From an uncultured Collinsella sp. (lineage in GTDB: Bacteria; Actinomycetota; Coriobacteriia; Coriobacteriales; Coriobacteriaceae), in the NCBI GenBank assembly GCA_902467875.1, contig CABQWP010000001.1, forward strand, positions 41,266 to 105,265: 64,000 bases of DNA. Direction: 5' to 3'. A program made the translations under genes and the position numbers. Below the pieces are notes generated by a model. It did not search any database and had not been told where the DNA came from. It worked only from the letters and a program-made list of their open reading frames with translations. Below, piece by piece: positions 38,779-48,900 of this stretch. The first letter of the stretch is position 1. The number at the start of each line of letters is the position of its first letter.

Positions 38779-40204
38779 CGCTTCCGATCCGCGCCAGCAG
38801 AATCGTACACGGCAGCCGGCGTCGCGCCCTGCCCAGCCTGGCCAGCGTCCGGCACAGCCGACGCAGCGCGCAGCTCAGTCTGCCGCGCGCTCGGTGCAGT
38901 CCTTCTCTCATTCGGCCCAACCTGTTCAACGGACGGGTCAGCAGCCTTCTGCTCGTTCGGTTCAGCATTCGGCTTCTCACGCGGCTCAACAGCCCACTGC
39001 TCGTACGGCCCAGCCTGCAGGCGGTACCCGCTTTAAGCAGCAGGCACCTACCCAGCGAACTCAGGTCCCTCAATCGCATTCGCATCACGCTCGCGGTTCG
39101 CATGGCGTTGCTCCGGCGACCCGCTCGAGCTACAACACGCATGCTCGTCGCGGTGCTCAAAAGAAAAGCTCCCCGGTGCCTATGATTATCGGCGTTGTGG
39201 TGGCGGTGCTCGCGCTTGCTGCGATCGCTTTCTTTGTCGTGCCGGCCGTCAAGGGCTTCTTTGCCGGTGAGGATACGAAGGTCACGGCTGGTCAGCAGGT
39301 TACGGTGACCATTCCCGATGGTGCTTCAGGCGATACGATCGCCTCGATTCTCTCCGAGAACCATATCGTTGAAAATCCCAAGGATTACTATGCGGCGGTG
39401 AAGAAGCTCAACGCCGATATGTCGCTCAAGCCCGGTGATTATTCGTTCACCACACTCATGGATGCGACCAAGGTTGTTCAGCAGCTCATGGAAGGCCCCA
39501 ACGCGGGCTCCAGTGCGCTGACTATCCCTGAGGGCCTGACGGTCGATCAAGTCGCCGACCGTGTGGCCCAGGCCTACGACAGCATCTCTAAGGAAGACTT
39601 CCTCAACCAGGCCAAGGCCTCCAACTACGTGGACGACTATAGCTTCCTTAAGGGCGCCGCCAACGATTCGCTCGAGGGTTTCTTGTTCCCCAAGACCTAT
39701 TCGTTGGGTGATTTGCCGACGGCCGATGGCGTGATTCGCGCTATGCTCGATCAGTTTAAGACCGAGTACAAGTCGCTTGACTTTGCGAGCTGCGAAGCCA
39801 AGATCAAGGAACGCTACGGTGTGGAGATGTCCGACTACGACATCGTCAACTTGGCCTCTATCGTTGAGCGCGAGGGCCTCAACGCCGACCAGCGCGCGCA
39901 CGTGGCCTCGGTCTTCTACAACCGTCTTGCCGGCAAGCTCGATGGTCTGCGCTATCTCAACAGCGATGCGACCATGATGTATGTCACCGGTGGCGAGGTT
40001 AGCGCCGACGACCTGCAGAGCGATAGTCCGTATAACACCTATAAGCACGAGGGCCTGCCGCCCACGCCCATCTGCTCTCCGTCGCTCGAGGCACTCAAGG
40101 CCACGCTTGAGCCGACCGACTCCGATGACCTGTATTTCTACATTACGCAGGACGAGGAGTACTTCTCGCAAACCTACGAAGAGCATCAACAGTCTTGGAA
40201 TTAG
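38771..40204 (+). CDS. mltG: Endolytic transglycosylase MltG
   Basis: Low-complexity N-term, TM, LTIPEG, LEGFLFPKTY, ASIVERE, SPYNTY...GLPPTPI. Confidence 0.92.
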   Translation: MSSASDPRQQNRTRQPASRPAQPGQRPAQPTQRAAQSAARSVQSFSHSAQPVQRTGQQPSARSVQHSASHAAQQPTARTAQPAGGTRFKQQAPTQRTQVPQSHSHHARGSHGVAPATRSSYNTHARRGAQKKSSPVPMIIGVVVAVLALAAIAFFVVPAVKGFFAGEDTKVTAGQQVTVTIPDGASGDTIASILSENHIVENPKDYYAAVKKLNADMSLKPGDYSFTTLMDATKVVQQLMEGPNAGSSALTIPEGLTVDQVADRVAQAYDSISKEDFLNQAKASNYVDDYSFLKGAANDSLEGFLFPKTYSLGDLPTADGVIRAMLDQFKTEYKSLDFASCEAKIKERYGVEMSDYDIVNLASIVEREGLNADQRAHVASVFYNRLAGKLDGLRYLNSDATMMYVTGGEVSADDLQSDSPYNTYKHEGLPPTPICSPSLEALKATLEPTDSDDLYFYITQDEEYFSQTYEEHQQSWN

Positions 40205-40205
40205 C

Positions 40206-40703
40206 ATGAGGATTTTTAGCCCCAAACGTTACGTTGCCTCGGTCGATCGCATCGACCTTGATACCCTTTGGGCCGACGGCAAACGCGCCATTCTGCTCGA
40301 TCGCGATAACACCCTGGTGCCGCGCGACACCGAGCAGGTTCCCGCCGCGGTTTCCGCTTGGCTCGATACCGCCCGCGCCAAAGGCTTTAAGCTGTGCATG
40401 GTGTCCAACAACTGGCATCGCGACCAGGTCATGGCATCAGCACGCGAGCTGGGACTCGAGGCCATCAGCCATGCCATGAAGCCGGCGCCGTTTGCCCTCA
40501 AGGCGGGTCTTAAGCGCCTCGGCGCCACGGCTGACGAGGCGGTGCTGATCGGTGATCAGCTCTACACGGACGTGTGGAGCGGCAACTTCGCCGGCGTCGA
40601 TACCATCCTGGTAAAGCCGCAGGCGACGCAGGACCTGTGGTATACGCAGATCTTCCGTATCTTTGAGCGCCGGGCCCTGCGCGACCTTCCTTGCGAGGAA
40701 TAG
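40206..40703 (+). CDS. YqeG-family HAD IIIA phosphatase
   Basis: LDRDNTLV, VSNN, KP, IGDQLYTD. Confidence 0.9.
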   Translation: MRIFSPKRYVASVDRIDLDTLWADGKRAILLDRDNTLVPRDTEQVPAAVSAWLDTARAKGFKLCMVSNNWHRDQVMASARELGLEAISHAMKPAPFALKAGLKRLGATADEAVLIGDQLYTDVWSGNFAGVDTILVKPQATQDLWYTQIFRIFERRALRDLPCEE

Positions 40704-40711
40704 GTCTCGTC

Positions 40712-41245
40712 ATGTCCCAGCACATCAAACACGGCTGCGACCATATCTTCTTTATCGGCTTTTTGGGCGCGGGCAAGTCGACGCTTGCGCGCAACGTGGG
40801 CACCATGTTCAAGCGGCGTTTTATCGATACCGACCGTCTGGTCGTGCGCCGTTGCGGCAAGTCGGTAACCGAGATTTTTGAGACCGAGGGCGAGGATCGT
40901 TTTCGCGAGCTCGAGACCTCGGCGCTCCGTTCGCTCCAAAGCGAGCGCAGCCTGTTGGTTTCGTGCGGGGGCGGTATCGTCGAAACGCCGGTGAATATTG
41001 AACTGATGCACGAAATGGGTACGTGCGTGTACCTCGAGGGCGACTTCGAGGATTCGATTCGACAGATTCGTCGGTCCGACACGCGCCCCGATTTCCGTTC
41101 GCCCGAGCATGCTGCGCGCCTGTTTGAGCATCGCCGTCCGCTGTATCGCCAGGCCGCCGACCTTACCCTTGATATTCGCAACAAGTCCTTCGAGGACGTT
41201 TCCTACCTTTGTGCCGAGATGCTTTTGGAGCGTGGGCTGCTATGA
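40712..41245 (+). CDS. aroK: Shikimate kinase
   Basis: GFLGAGKST, FIDTD, GEDRFRELE, SCGGG, RRPLY. Confidence 0.9.
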   Translation: MSQHIKHGCDHIFFIGFLGAGKSTLARNVGTMFKRRFIDTDRLVVRRCGKSVTEIFETEGEDRFRELETSALRSLQSERSLLVSCGGGIVETPVNIELMHEMGTCVYLEGDFEDSIRQIRRSDTRPDFRSPEHAARLFEHRRPLYRQAADLTLDIRNKSFEDVSYLCAEMLLERGLL

Positions 41246-42351
41246 TTCGCCGTCAACTGATCAATTTCCAAAACCGCAGCGTCGATGTCCGCGTCGGATT
41301 GGGCGCGTTCGATGAACTGTCGCGTATGTTTGCCTCGGCCGTGGGCAAGCCTAAGCGCGCGATGGTCGTTTGGAACACCGCCACATCCGAGCGTTTTGGT
41401 GAAGTCGTCGAGCATGCGCTGGTCGACGCCGGTTTTGCCGTGTCGCCGCTAGTCCTCGAGGTTTCGCCTGCTGGTGCCACGCTGGCCGATGCCGATGCGA
41501 TCTTTGGCGCCCTGTCTGCCAACGGCGTTACCTGCGACGATCTGGTTGTCGCCGTTGGCGATGCCGCAACCTGCTCGGTTGTTAGCTGGTGCGCCAACCA
41601 GTGGTGTGGCCGAACCGAGTGCGCGCTGCTGCCGACGACCTTCGACGCCATGCTCACGGTCGCGACGACCATGAAGCCGCTCGTCGCCTCGCCGGCGAAT
41701 GCGCTTCCCGCTATCGCGTTCCGTCCTGAGCCGGGCTTGGTCGTGTGTGACCTCGACCTTGTTCGCGAGGCGGACCCCGAGTACCTCAAGTTCGGCTATG
41801 TGGTGCTTGTTGGCACCATGCTTTCGAGCAGCAAGTCCCGCTGGAATCAGTTTACTGAGACCGTTCCCGAGATTCTCGCGGGCGAGGAGGTCGCGCTCGT
41901 CAATGCAGTTCAATGGTCTCAGACTGCCCGCAAGGACGTACTGATGGCCACGAACCCGAGCGCCCGCCATGCGCTCGATTTTGGCAAGACGGGGGAGCGT
42001 ACCCTGCGCGCTTGCTTGGGCGATGCTGCTTCGCAGGTTCCTGCCTACCAGCTGTTGTCCGAGGGCATGCGCTTTGAGGCGCGCCTAGCACATGATGCCT
42101 GCGACTTCGATATCGATTACGTCTTTGAGGTCGATGACTGCCTAGAGGACTTTGGTATCGAGGAACTTGCCCTCGATCTGGAGCCTGCCGCATATATCGA
42201 GGAGTTCCGCAGGCAGCAGTTCGCTCGCTCGAATCGCAGCATGCTGCCGCTGCCCGCGGCACTCGGCGCCATTCGCCTAACGAGCGTTGAGGACGAGGTT
42301 CTTGAGCGCCATGCTCACGCTTACTTGGCTTCTCGCAAAGAACTTCTCTAA
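41242..42351 (+). CDS. 3-dehydroquinate synthase-like protein with degenerate active site
   Basis: AroB length, position and scaffold (DLVVAVG, LPTT, ALDFG), but the canonical motifs are substituted. Confidence 0.75.
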   Translation: MIRRQLINFQNRSVDVRVGLGAFDELSRMFASAVGKPKRAMVVWNTATSERFGEVVEHALVDAGFAVSPLVLEVSPAGATLADADAIFGALSANGVTCDDLVVAVGDAATCSVVSWCANQWCGRTECALLPTTFDAMLTVATTMKPLVASPANALPAIAFRPEPGLVVCDLDLVREADPEYLKFGYVVLVGTMLSSSKSRWNQFTETVPEILAGEEVALVNAVQWSQTARKDVLMATNPSARHALDFGKTGERTLRACLGDAASQVPAYQLLSEGMRFEARLAHDACDFDIDYVFEVDDCLEDFGIEELALDLEPAAYIEEFRRQQFARSNRSMLPLPAALGAIRLTSVEDEVLERHAHAYLASRKELL

Positions 42352-42483
42352 GATTTATTGACATCCATCGTCTTTCGTATCATGTTGAGGGACGGGTTTC
42401 CAATCGGTTGCGGTTCGCATGCGATTCCGACGTTCGGTTGAGACCCGTCCCGTCTTTATAGAGACAATAAGAAAGGAATCTGC

Positions 42484-43614
42484 ATGTCTGAGTTTGCTGC
42501 CGGTCCTGCCGGTCGTATCGAACGTGTCCGTGCCCTGATGGTCGAGCGCGGCTACGACGCTATCGTGGTACGCGACGAGGCCAATCTTCGTTGGCTCACG
42601 GGCGTGAAGGGCGTCTTCGACTACACCTTCGAGTTCCCGCACGCGGCGTTTATTACGGCTGACCAGTGCCTGTTCCATACCGACTCGCGCTACCTCAACA
42701 GCTTTGAGGAGAACACGCCCGCCGGCAGCCCTTGGGTCTATGACATGGACGAGGGCACCATCCCCGGTTGGGTCGCCGGCAAGATCGCAGCCAACAAGTG
42801 CCGCGTCTGCGCTGTCGAGGACGATATGCAGATCAACTTCTACCAGGGCATTCAGCGTGGTCTGGAGGATCGTTCCGTCGCCTGCATGTTGCCGCTGATG
42901 CATGACGACATCCGCAAGATGCGCGCCATCAAGGATGCCGAGGAGATCGAGCTCATGCGCCATGCACAGTCGATCACTGACGCCGCCTTCCAGCACATGC
43001 TCGGCTTTATTAAGCCCGGTATGACCGAGAAGCAGGTTCGCAACGAGCTCGAGAACTTTATGTTCGCCAACGGCGCTGACAGCCTTGCCTTCGGCTCCAT
43101 CGTAGCGAGCGGTCCCAACACCGCCAACCCGCATGCCGTGCCGAGCGACCGCGTGATCGAGAAGGGCGACTTTGTCCTCATGGATTACGGCGCGGGCTAC
43201 TGCGATTATCGTTCCGATATGACGCGCACCGTCGTGATGGGCGAGCCCACGCAGGAACAGCTCGACCTGTATGCGCTCGTGCGCCGTACGCACGAGGAAT
43301 GCGTCGCCGCCATCCATCCGGGCGTCGAGGGCAACGACATTTTCAAGCTTTCCAAGAAGATCATCGGCGATGCCGGCTATGGCGATTACTACAACCATGG
43401 TCTGGGCCACGGCGTGGGCATCGACATCCACGAGCTGCCCAACTTCAACCGCAGCAAGAACACCATCGAGATCGGCTCGGTTGTCACCATGGAGCCCGGC
43501 GTCTACCTGCCCGGCGTGGGCGGCGTGCGCCTTGAGGACTACGGCGTGGTCACCGAGAACGGCTACGAGCCCTTCACCAAGACCCCGCACGACCTGCACG
43601 TTATCGACTGCTAG
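42484..43614 (+). CDS. Xaa-Pro aminopeptidase (M24 family)
   Basis: TDSRY, DYGA...SDMTRT, HGLGHGVGIDIHE, EPGVY, GVRLED. Confidence 0.93.
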   Translation: MSEFAAGPAGRIERVRALMVERGYDAIVVRDEANLRWLTGVKGVFDYTFEFPHAAFITADQCLFHTDSRYLNSFEENTPAGSPWVYDMDEGTIPGWVAGKIAANKCRVCAVEDDMQINFYQGIQRGLEDRSVACMLPLMHDDIRKMRAIKDAEEIELMRHAQSITDAAFQHMLGFIKPGMTEKQVRNELENFMFANGADSLAFGSIVASGPNTANPHAVPSDRVIEKGDFVLMDYGAGYCDYRSDMTRTVVMGEPTQEQLDLYALVRRTHEECVAAIHPGVEGNDIFKLSKKIIGDAGYGDYYNHGLGHGVGIDIHELPNFNRSKNTIEIGSVVTMEPGVYLPGVGGVRLEDYGVVTENGYEPFTKTPHDLHVIDC

Positions 43615-43774
43615 TCTACTTCGGTAGATAGTTTGGGGCGGGGCGTTCGGATCGATTCGGACGCCCCGCGTTCTCTTTTTATGCGCTCGCTGCAGGCGCC
43701 GTCTGCAAGTGTATAATTTCTGTCGTATGTAATTTGGACGCTTGTGCGTTCTGCCCATAACAAGAAAGGTCGCT

Positions 43775-44338
43775 ATGCCTACCATTTCTACCGCCGACTT
43801 CAAGAACGGCCTCGGTCTCCGCATCAAGGACAAGGTCTACACCATCGTCGAGTTCCAGCATGTCAAGCCGGGCAAGGGCGGCGCGTTTGTGCGCTACAAG
43901 ACCCGCGACATCAAGAGCGGCCGCGTCGTCGAGAACACCTGCAACGCCGGCACCAAGTTCGAGAGCGTCATGCTTACCACCCGCGAGTTCCAGTACCTCT
44001 ACAACGATGGCGCCGACTACATCTTCATGGACAACGAGTCCTATGAGCAGGTTCCCGTTCCCGAGGACATGGTGGGCGAGAACTCCAAGTGGCTGCGCGA
44101 GAACGACATCTGCCAGCTGCTCTTCGCCGACGATGAGCTCATGGGCGTGACCCCCCCGATGTTCATCGAGACCACCATCGTCCAGACCGACCCGGGCTTT
44201 AAGGGCGACACCGTCCAGGGTTCCACCAAGCCGGCCACGATTGACACCGGCGCTGTCATCCAGGTCCCCATGTACCTCAACGAGGGCGAGGTCATCAAGG
44301 TTGACACCCGCGACGGCAAGTTCGTCTCCCGCGTCTAG
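43775..44338 (+). CDS. efp: Elongation factor P
   Basis: HVKPGKGGAF, FMDNESYEQ, PGFKGDT, VDTRDG. Confidence 0.97.
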   Translation: MPTISTADFKNGLGLRIKDKVYTIVEFQHVKPGKGGAFVRYKTRDIKSGRVVENTCNAGTKFESVMLTTREFQYLYNDGADYIFMDNESYEQVPVPEDMVGENSKWLRENDICQLLFADDELMGVTPPMFIETTIVQTDPGFKGDTVQGSTKPATIDTGAVIQVPMYLNEGEVIKVDTRDGKFVSRV

Positions 44339-44362
44339 CAACCAACTCTTCTAGGAGGACTC

Positions 44363-44725
44363 ATGCCCCAGGAAATCAAGATTGACGGCATCGGCATTTC
44401 GCCCGATGTTCTGACCGCCATCGTCTCGCGCGCCGTGTCGGATGTCGAGGGCATCGCCTCCGTTGGCGTCAAGGACCTTGCCACCAACCTTGTCTCCATG
44501 ATGCTCTCGTCCAAGGCCCCGGCTTCCGAGCCGGCGGTCGAGGCCGAGGTCGTTGGCGGCAAGCTCGCACTCACCGTGCGTGTCGTGGTGTTCTTTGGCT
44601 ATCCGTTCAAGAAACTCGCCGAGGCCGTTCGCGTCGCCGTGGTCGCCGCCATCGATGCTCAGGTGGGCGTCGAGGTTGAGCGCGTTGACGTTTGCATTGA
44701 CGGCCTCGTTTTCCCCAAGGAGTAA
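44363..44725 (+). CDS. Asp23/Gls24 family protein
   Basis: ISPDVLTAIV...DVEGIASV, VVFFGY, VDVCIDG; efp-asp23-nusB synteny. Confidence 0.85.
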   Translation: MPQEIKIDGIGISPDVLTAIVSRAVSDVEGIASVGVKDLATNLVSMMLSSKAPASEPAVEAEVVGGKLALTVRVVVFFGYPFKKLAEAVRVAVVAAIDAQVGVEVERVDVCIDGLVFPKE

Positions 44726-44728
44726 CCT

Positions 44729-45313
44729 TTGAGCCTTAAGGTTTATCGCGGGCGTACGCTTGCCCGCAGTCAGGCGCTGCAGCTGCTGTTCCAGGCCGAG
44801 GCCACGGACAGCCCGCTCGAGCGCGTCCTCGAGGGTGATTTCCTGATCTCGAAGGGTCCCCTCGACCCCTATGCGTTGGAGCTGTGCCGCGGTGCCTACG
44901 AGCATATCGACCGCATCGACTGCGCTCTGCGATCCGTTGCCAAGAACTGGGATCTTATGCGCATGCCCGGCGCCGACCGCAATCTGCTGCGTATCGCTGT
45001 TTACGAGATGCGTTTCCTCACCGACGAGGAGGTCTCGGACGCCATCGTGATCAACGAGGCTGTCGAGCTTGCCAAGGCCTATGGCACCGACCAGTCCGCG
45101 TCGTTCGTCAACGGCGTGCTGGGCAAGATCGCTCGCAGCGAGGAGCTGCCGGGCGAGGGCCTGTACCAGGAGCTGCTGGCCGAAGATCGCGCTCGCGAGG
45201 AGGCGCAGGCTGCCGAGGCTGCCGCCAAGGTTGCGGTTGCTCAGGCTGAGGCTGGCGTGCTGGCCGAGGATGCGGACGCCGCCGAGGCTGACATCGACTC
45301 CGTCGAGGAGTAG
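44729..45313 (+). CDS. nusB: Transcription antitermination factor NusB
   Basis: ARSQALQLLFQ, DRNLLRIAVYE, INEAVELAKAYG, FVNGVLG. Confidence 0.94.
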   Translation: MSLKVYRGRTLARSQALQLLFQAEATDSPLERVLEGDFLISKGPLDPYALELCRGAYEHIDRIDCALRSVAKNWDLMRMPGADRNLLRIAVYEMRFLTDEEVSDAIVINEAVELAKAYGTDQSASFVNGVLGKIARSEELPGEGLYQELLAEDRAREEAQAAEAAAKVAVAQAEAGVLAEDADAAEADIDSVEE

Positions 45314-45315
45314 CC

Positions 45316-45555
45316 ATGCCAGAGGGTTCTGTCCGTAACTTTGATGAGATTTCGGACCGTCTGGATCAGATCATCGCTACCGTTCGCTCCAAGGATACCT
45401 CCTTGGAGCGTTCGCTCGATTTGTTTGACGAAGCGATTGAGCTGGGCTCCCGCGCGGTCGATATGGTCGACAAGTTTGAGTTGACGCCGCGTGAGGCCGA
45501 CAAGCTCGAGCAGGAATACGATGAGGATGCGGCAAACGAATCCCAGGATAGCTAG
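45316..45555 (+). CDS. xseB: Exodeoxyribonuclease VII small subunit
   Basis: FDEISDRLDQII...SLERSLDLFDEAIEL. Confidence 0.8.
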   Translation: MPEGSVRNFDEISDRLDQIIATVRSKDTSLERSLDLFDEAIELGSRAVDMVDKFELTPREADKLEQEYDEDAANESQDS

Positions 45556-45590
45556 GCCGCATCTCCGGATACGAATGGTTGATGGCATTC

Positions 45591-46394
45591 ATGAAACGCG
45601 TGCGTCTTGATGACGAACTGATTTCACAGGGCATCTGCGCCGATCGCGCGGATGCCCTTCGCACTCTTATGGCCGGCTTGGTCTCGAGTGGCGGTGAGCG
45701 CTTGACTTCGCCGGGCCTTAAGGTGACCCCGGGCCTGCCGCTGCACGTGAAGGGACGCATTCCCTATGTTGGCCGCGGCGGTCTTAAGCTCGAAGGCGCG
45801 CTTGATGCGTTTGGTATCAATCCGACGGGCCTTGCCTGTCTGGATGTGGGCTGCTCTACCGGCGGCTTTACCGATTGCCTGCTCAAGCGCGGAGCTGCGA
45901 CCGTTGTCTCGGTGGACGTGGGTCGCGCCCAGTTCGATTGGTCGTTGCGCCAGGACGATCGCGTGACGCTGCATGAGCGCACAAACGTGACGCAGCTGCC
46001 TGAGCTTGGCTATGCCGGCACTATCGACCTGGCTGTGTGTGATGTCTCGTTTACCAGCATCGCGAACATTATCGATGCGGTACTGGCGTGCCTGGCGCCT
46101 ACGGGTGCATTCTGCACGCTCGTAAAGCCGCAGTTTGAGGCTCCGGCGGCGCTGGTGGGCGAGGGCGGCATTGTGACCGATCCCGCCGTGCGCCGCGATA
46201 CACTCGTGGCGGCGGTTGAACTCTTTGCTGCCAAGGGCCTGTTCCCGGTCGATGTGTGCGTGTCGCCCATTCATGGTGCCAAGGGCAACGTTGAGTTTTT
46301 CCTGTACGGCACGAGATTTGACCCCGGCGATCGCTCGCAAGACGAGCTGCAATCCCAGGTATCGGTTATGAGCGAGAAAGCTGCAACGCTATGA
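45591..46394 (+). CDS. tlyA: TlyA-family rRNA methyltransferase
   Basis: RLD S4 start, YVGRGGLKL, LDVGCSTGGFTD, DVSF, LVKPQFE, GNVEF. Confidence 0.93.
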   Translation: MKRVRLDDELISQGICADRADALRTLMAGLVSSGGERLTSPGLKVTPGLPLHVKGRIPYVGRGGLKLEGALDAFGINPTGLACLDVGCSTGGFTDCLLKRGAATVVSVDVGRAQFDWSLRQDDRVTLHERTNVTQLPELGYAGTIDLAVCDVSFTSIANIIDAVLACLAPTGAFCTLVKPQFEAPAALVGEGGIVTDPAVRRDTLVAAVELFAAKGLFPVDVCVSPIHGAKGNVEFFLYGTRFDPGDRSQDELQSQVSVMSEKAATL

Positions 46395-47251
46395 AGGTCT
46401 TTCTGGTTCCCAATTACTACAAGCAAGAGGCGGTCGAGAGCGGCCTGATGCTCGAGCTTTGGCTGACGCGCCAGGGCTATGAGGTCGCATGGGCTGCCGA
46501 CCAGCGATCGAAGATTCAAAGCACGCCTGATATTGACGGCTCCGATCTGGTCATTACGCTCGGCGGCGACGGCACGTTGCTGCGCGCTGCCCGCATCCTC
46601 AACCATCGTGAGATTCCTATCCTCGGTCTTTCCTATGGTCACCTGGGTTTTTTAACTGCTGCGAGTCCCGAGGAGCGCGACATTCTGCAGGTCGTGAGCG
46701 ACGCCCTGTCCGGCGAGCTGCATGTGAGCCGTCGCGCTACCATCGCCGCGGATATCGTGTCCGTGCGCGAAGATGGTACGAAGGATGTCGTGCGCACCTT
46801 CGCCCTCAACGACATGGCGCTTACGCGCGGCCCCCTGTCCGATATGGTCGAGTTTGACATCACGGTGTCCGGTCACCATATCGACCGCCTACGCGGTGAC
46901 GGTGTCGTCGTTTCGACGGCGACTGGTTCTACGGGTTACGCGCTCAGCGCCGGTGGCCCCATCGTGAGCCCTGACTATACGGGCATGGTCTGCGTACCCA
47001 TTGCGCCGCACACCATTCAAGCTCGCGCTTTCTTGACTTCGCCGAGCGATGTCGTCGAAATCTTTATGTCCGATGACCGTCCGAGCGTTCCGGCGATCGC
47101 TATCGATGGACAGTTTATTACCTGCGACGGCACGGTCGAGAGCGTGGCCGTGCGCCGAGGCCCCGGCGATGTGCTGCTGCTCGACTACGGCCCCGAGAGT
47201 TTTTACAACTCGGTGAGCCGCGTATTCTACGGAGTCCGCCATGATCGATGA
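46391..47251 (+). CDS. nadK: NAD kinase
   Basis: LGGDGT, GHLGFL, ALND, STATGSTGYALSAGGP. Confidence 0.94.
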   Translation: MKVFLVPNYYKQEAVESGLMLELWLTRQGYEVAWAADQRSKIQSTPDIDGSDLVITLGGDGTLLRAARILNHREIPILGLSYGHLGFLTAASPEERDILQVVSDALSGELHVSRRATIAADIVSVREDGTKDVVRTFALNDMALTRGPLSDMVEFDITVSGHHIDRLRGDGVVVSTATGSTGYALSAGGPIVSPDYTGMVCVPIAPHTIQARAFLTSPSDVVEIFMSDDRPSVPAIAIDGQFITCDGTVESVAVRRGPGDVLLLDYGPESFYNSVSRVFYGVRHDR

Positions 47252-48869
47252 GCTGCAGGTTTCTAACATTGCACTCATTCGCGAGGCGACGCTGGTGCCG
47301 AGTGCCGGCCTGACTGTCCTGACCGGCGAGACCGGCGCCGGCAAGACCGCGCTGCTCTCGGCCCTCAAGCTTATTTTGGGTGAGCGCGCGGATTCGTCGA
47401 CGGTGCGCGAGGGCGAGGCGCTGGCGAGCGTCGAGGCGCGCCTGTTTGACGGCCCGCACGACACGGAAGGCTTCACGGTCCAGCGCAGCCTTTCCGCCGA
47501 GGGCCGCAGCCGCGTCAAGATTGACGGCCGCATCGCCAGCGTGCGCGAGCTTTCGGAGCGCGTCGGCGTGATGATGGATCTGTGCGGCCAGCACGAGCAC
47601 CAGCGCTTACTCGATCCGGCGCATCACGTTGCGATGGTCGATGCGTGGGCGGGACGCTCTGCGCTCGAGGCGCTGGATGCGTACCGCGCCTGCTTTAAGG
47701 CTTCGCGGGCTGCCGCTAAGGAGGTTCGACGTGTCGAAGAGGCCTCGCGTGCGCAGGGGAGCCGCGTCGAGGAGGCGCGCTTTGCGCTCGAGCGCATCGG
47801 CGAGGTCGACCCCAAGCCGGGCGAGTATGAGGAACTCGAGGAACTGCTGCCGCGCTCCGAACATGCCGAGGTACTGGTTGCCACGGCTAACGATGCCCAT
47901 GCATCGCTTGCCGCCGAAGGGGGAGCGCTCGACGCCGTGAACAGCGCCGTGGCAGAACTTTCCCGAATGGCGACCGTCGATCGCAAGCTGGGTGACATCG
48001 CCGATGCACTTTCGGATGCCTGTATCTCCCTTGAGGATTGCGCGAACGAGCTTCGTGCCTATCGCGATGGCATCGCCTTCGACCCGCGCGAGCTCGCTCG
48101 CATGCGTGAGCGGTATTCCGACCTCAAGGGTCTGTTGCGTCAGTGGGGTCCCACTATGGACGATGTTTTTGCCATGCGCGATCGCTCGCAAGAGCTGCTG
48201 TCCCTGGTCGATGATGGCGATGAGCAGATCAAAAAGGCGCGTGAGGCACTCGGGAGCGCTGAGCGCGAGTTGTTTACCGCTGCCAAGGCACTTAAGCGCG
48301 CTCGAAATACGGCGGCCCCGCGCTTCTGCCACGAGGTTGGCCGCCAGATGGCGCGCTTGGAGATGGGTAGTGCCGAGCTCGTCTGGGAGTCGCGCGATCT
48401 TCCCCGTGCTGAGTGGACGCCCGTTGGTCCTTCGAGCTACGAGCTGCTATACCGCAGCGGTGCCGGTTTGACTCCACGTCCCCTGCGCCGCATTGCATCG
48501 GGCGGCGAGCTCAGCCGCGTCATGCTGGCAAGTAAGGTTGTCCTCGGTAACGCGGACGGTGTCGATACGCTGGTGTTTGACGAGGTCGATGCTGGTGTCG
48601 GTGGCTCCACGGCGCGTGCACTCGCGGGCGTGCTGTCAGATCTCGCCTCTACGCATCAGGTGATTGTCGTAACCCACTTGGCGCAGGTCGCCGTCATGGC
48701 CGATAAGCATTATGTTGTCAGCAAGGAACCAGGCGATGTTCCCCAGACGCATTTGGACGAGGTAACCGGCGAAGCGCGTACCGCCGAGATCGCCCGCATG
48801 TTGAGCGGCGATCAGTCCGAGGCAAGCCTGGCGCACGCCAGGCAGATGCTTGCGGAGGCGCGTGCCTAG
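47241..48869 (+). CDS. recN: DNA repair protein RecN
   Basis: LTGETGAGKT, GQHEHQ, IASGGELSR, FDEVDAGVGG, VTHLAQVA, EIARML. Confidence 0.96.
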   Translation: MIDELQVSNIALIREATLVPSAGLTVLTGETGAGKTALLSALKLILGERADSSTVREGEALASVEARLFDGPHDTEGFTVQRSLSAEGRSRVKIDGRIASVRELSERVGVMMDLCGQHEHQRLLDPAHHVAMVDAWAGRSALEALDAYRACFKASRAAAKEVRRVEEASRAQGSRVEEARFALERIGEVDPKPGEYEELEELLPRSEHAEVLVATANDAHASLAAEGGALDAVNSAVAELSRMATVDRKLGDIADALSDACISLEDCANELRAYRDGIAFDPRELARMRERYSDLKGLLRQWGPTMDDVFAMRDRSQELLSLVDDGDEQIKKAREALGSAERELFTAAKALKRARNTAAPRFCHEVGRQMARLEMGSAELVWESRDLPRAEWTPVGPSSYELLYRSGAGLTPRPLRRIASGGELSRVMLASKVVLGNADGVDTLVFDEVDAGVGGSTARALAGVLSDLASTHQVIVVTHLAQVAVMADKHYVVSKEPGDVPQTHLDEVTGEARTAEIARMLSGDQSEASLAHARQMLAEARA

Positions 48870-48900
48870 GTCGAGTCGCCACACGCATGTCCAACCCGGC

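Noticed and set aside
45316..47251. xseB without adjacent xseA, and no ispA/dxs/argR in the nusB-recN cluster
   Set aside because: Ordinary gene-order variation; the genes may lie outside the window.
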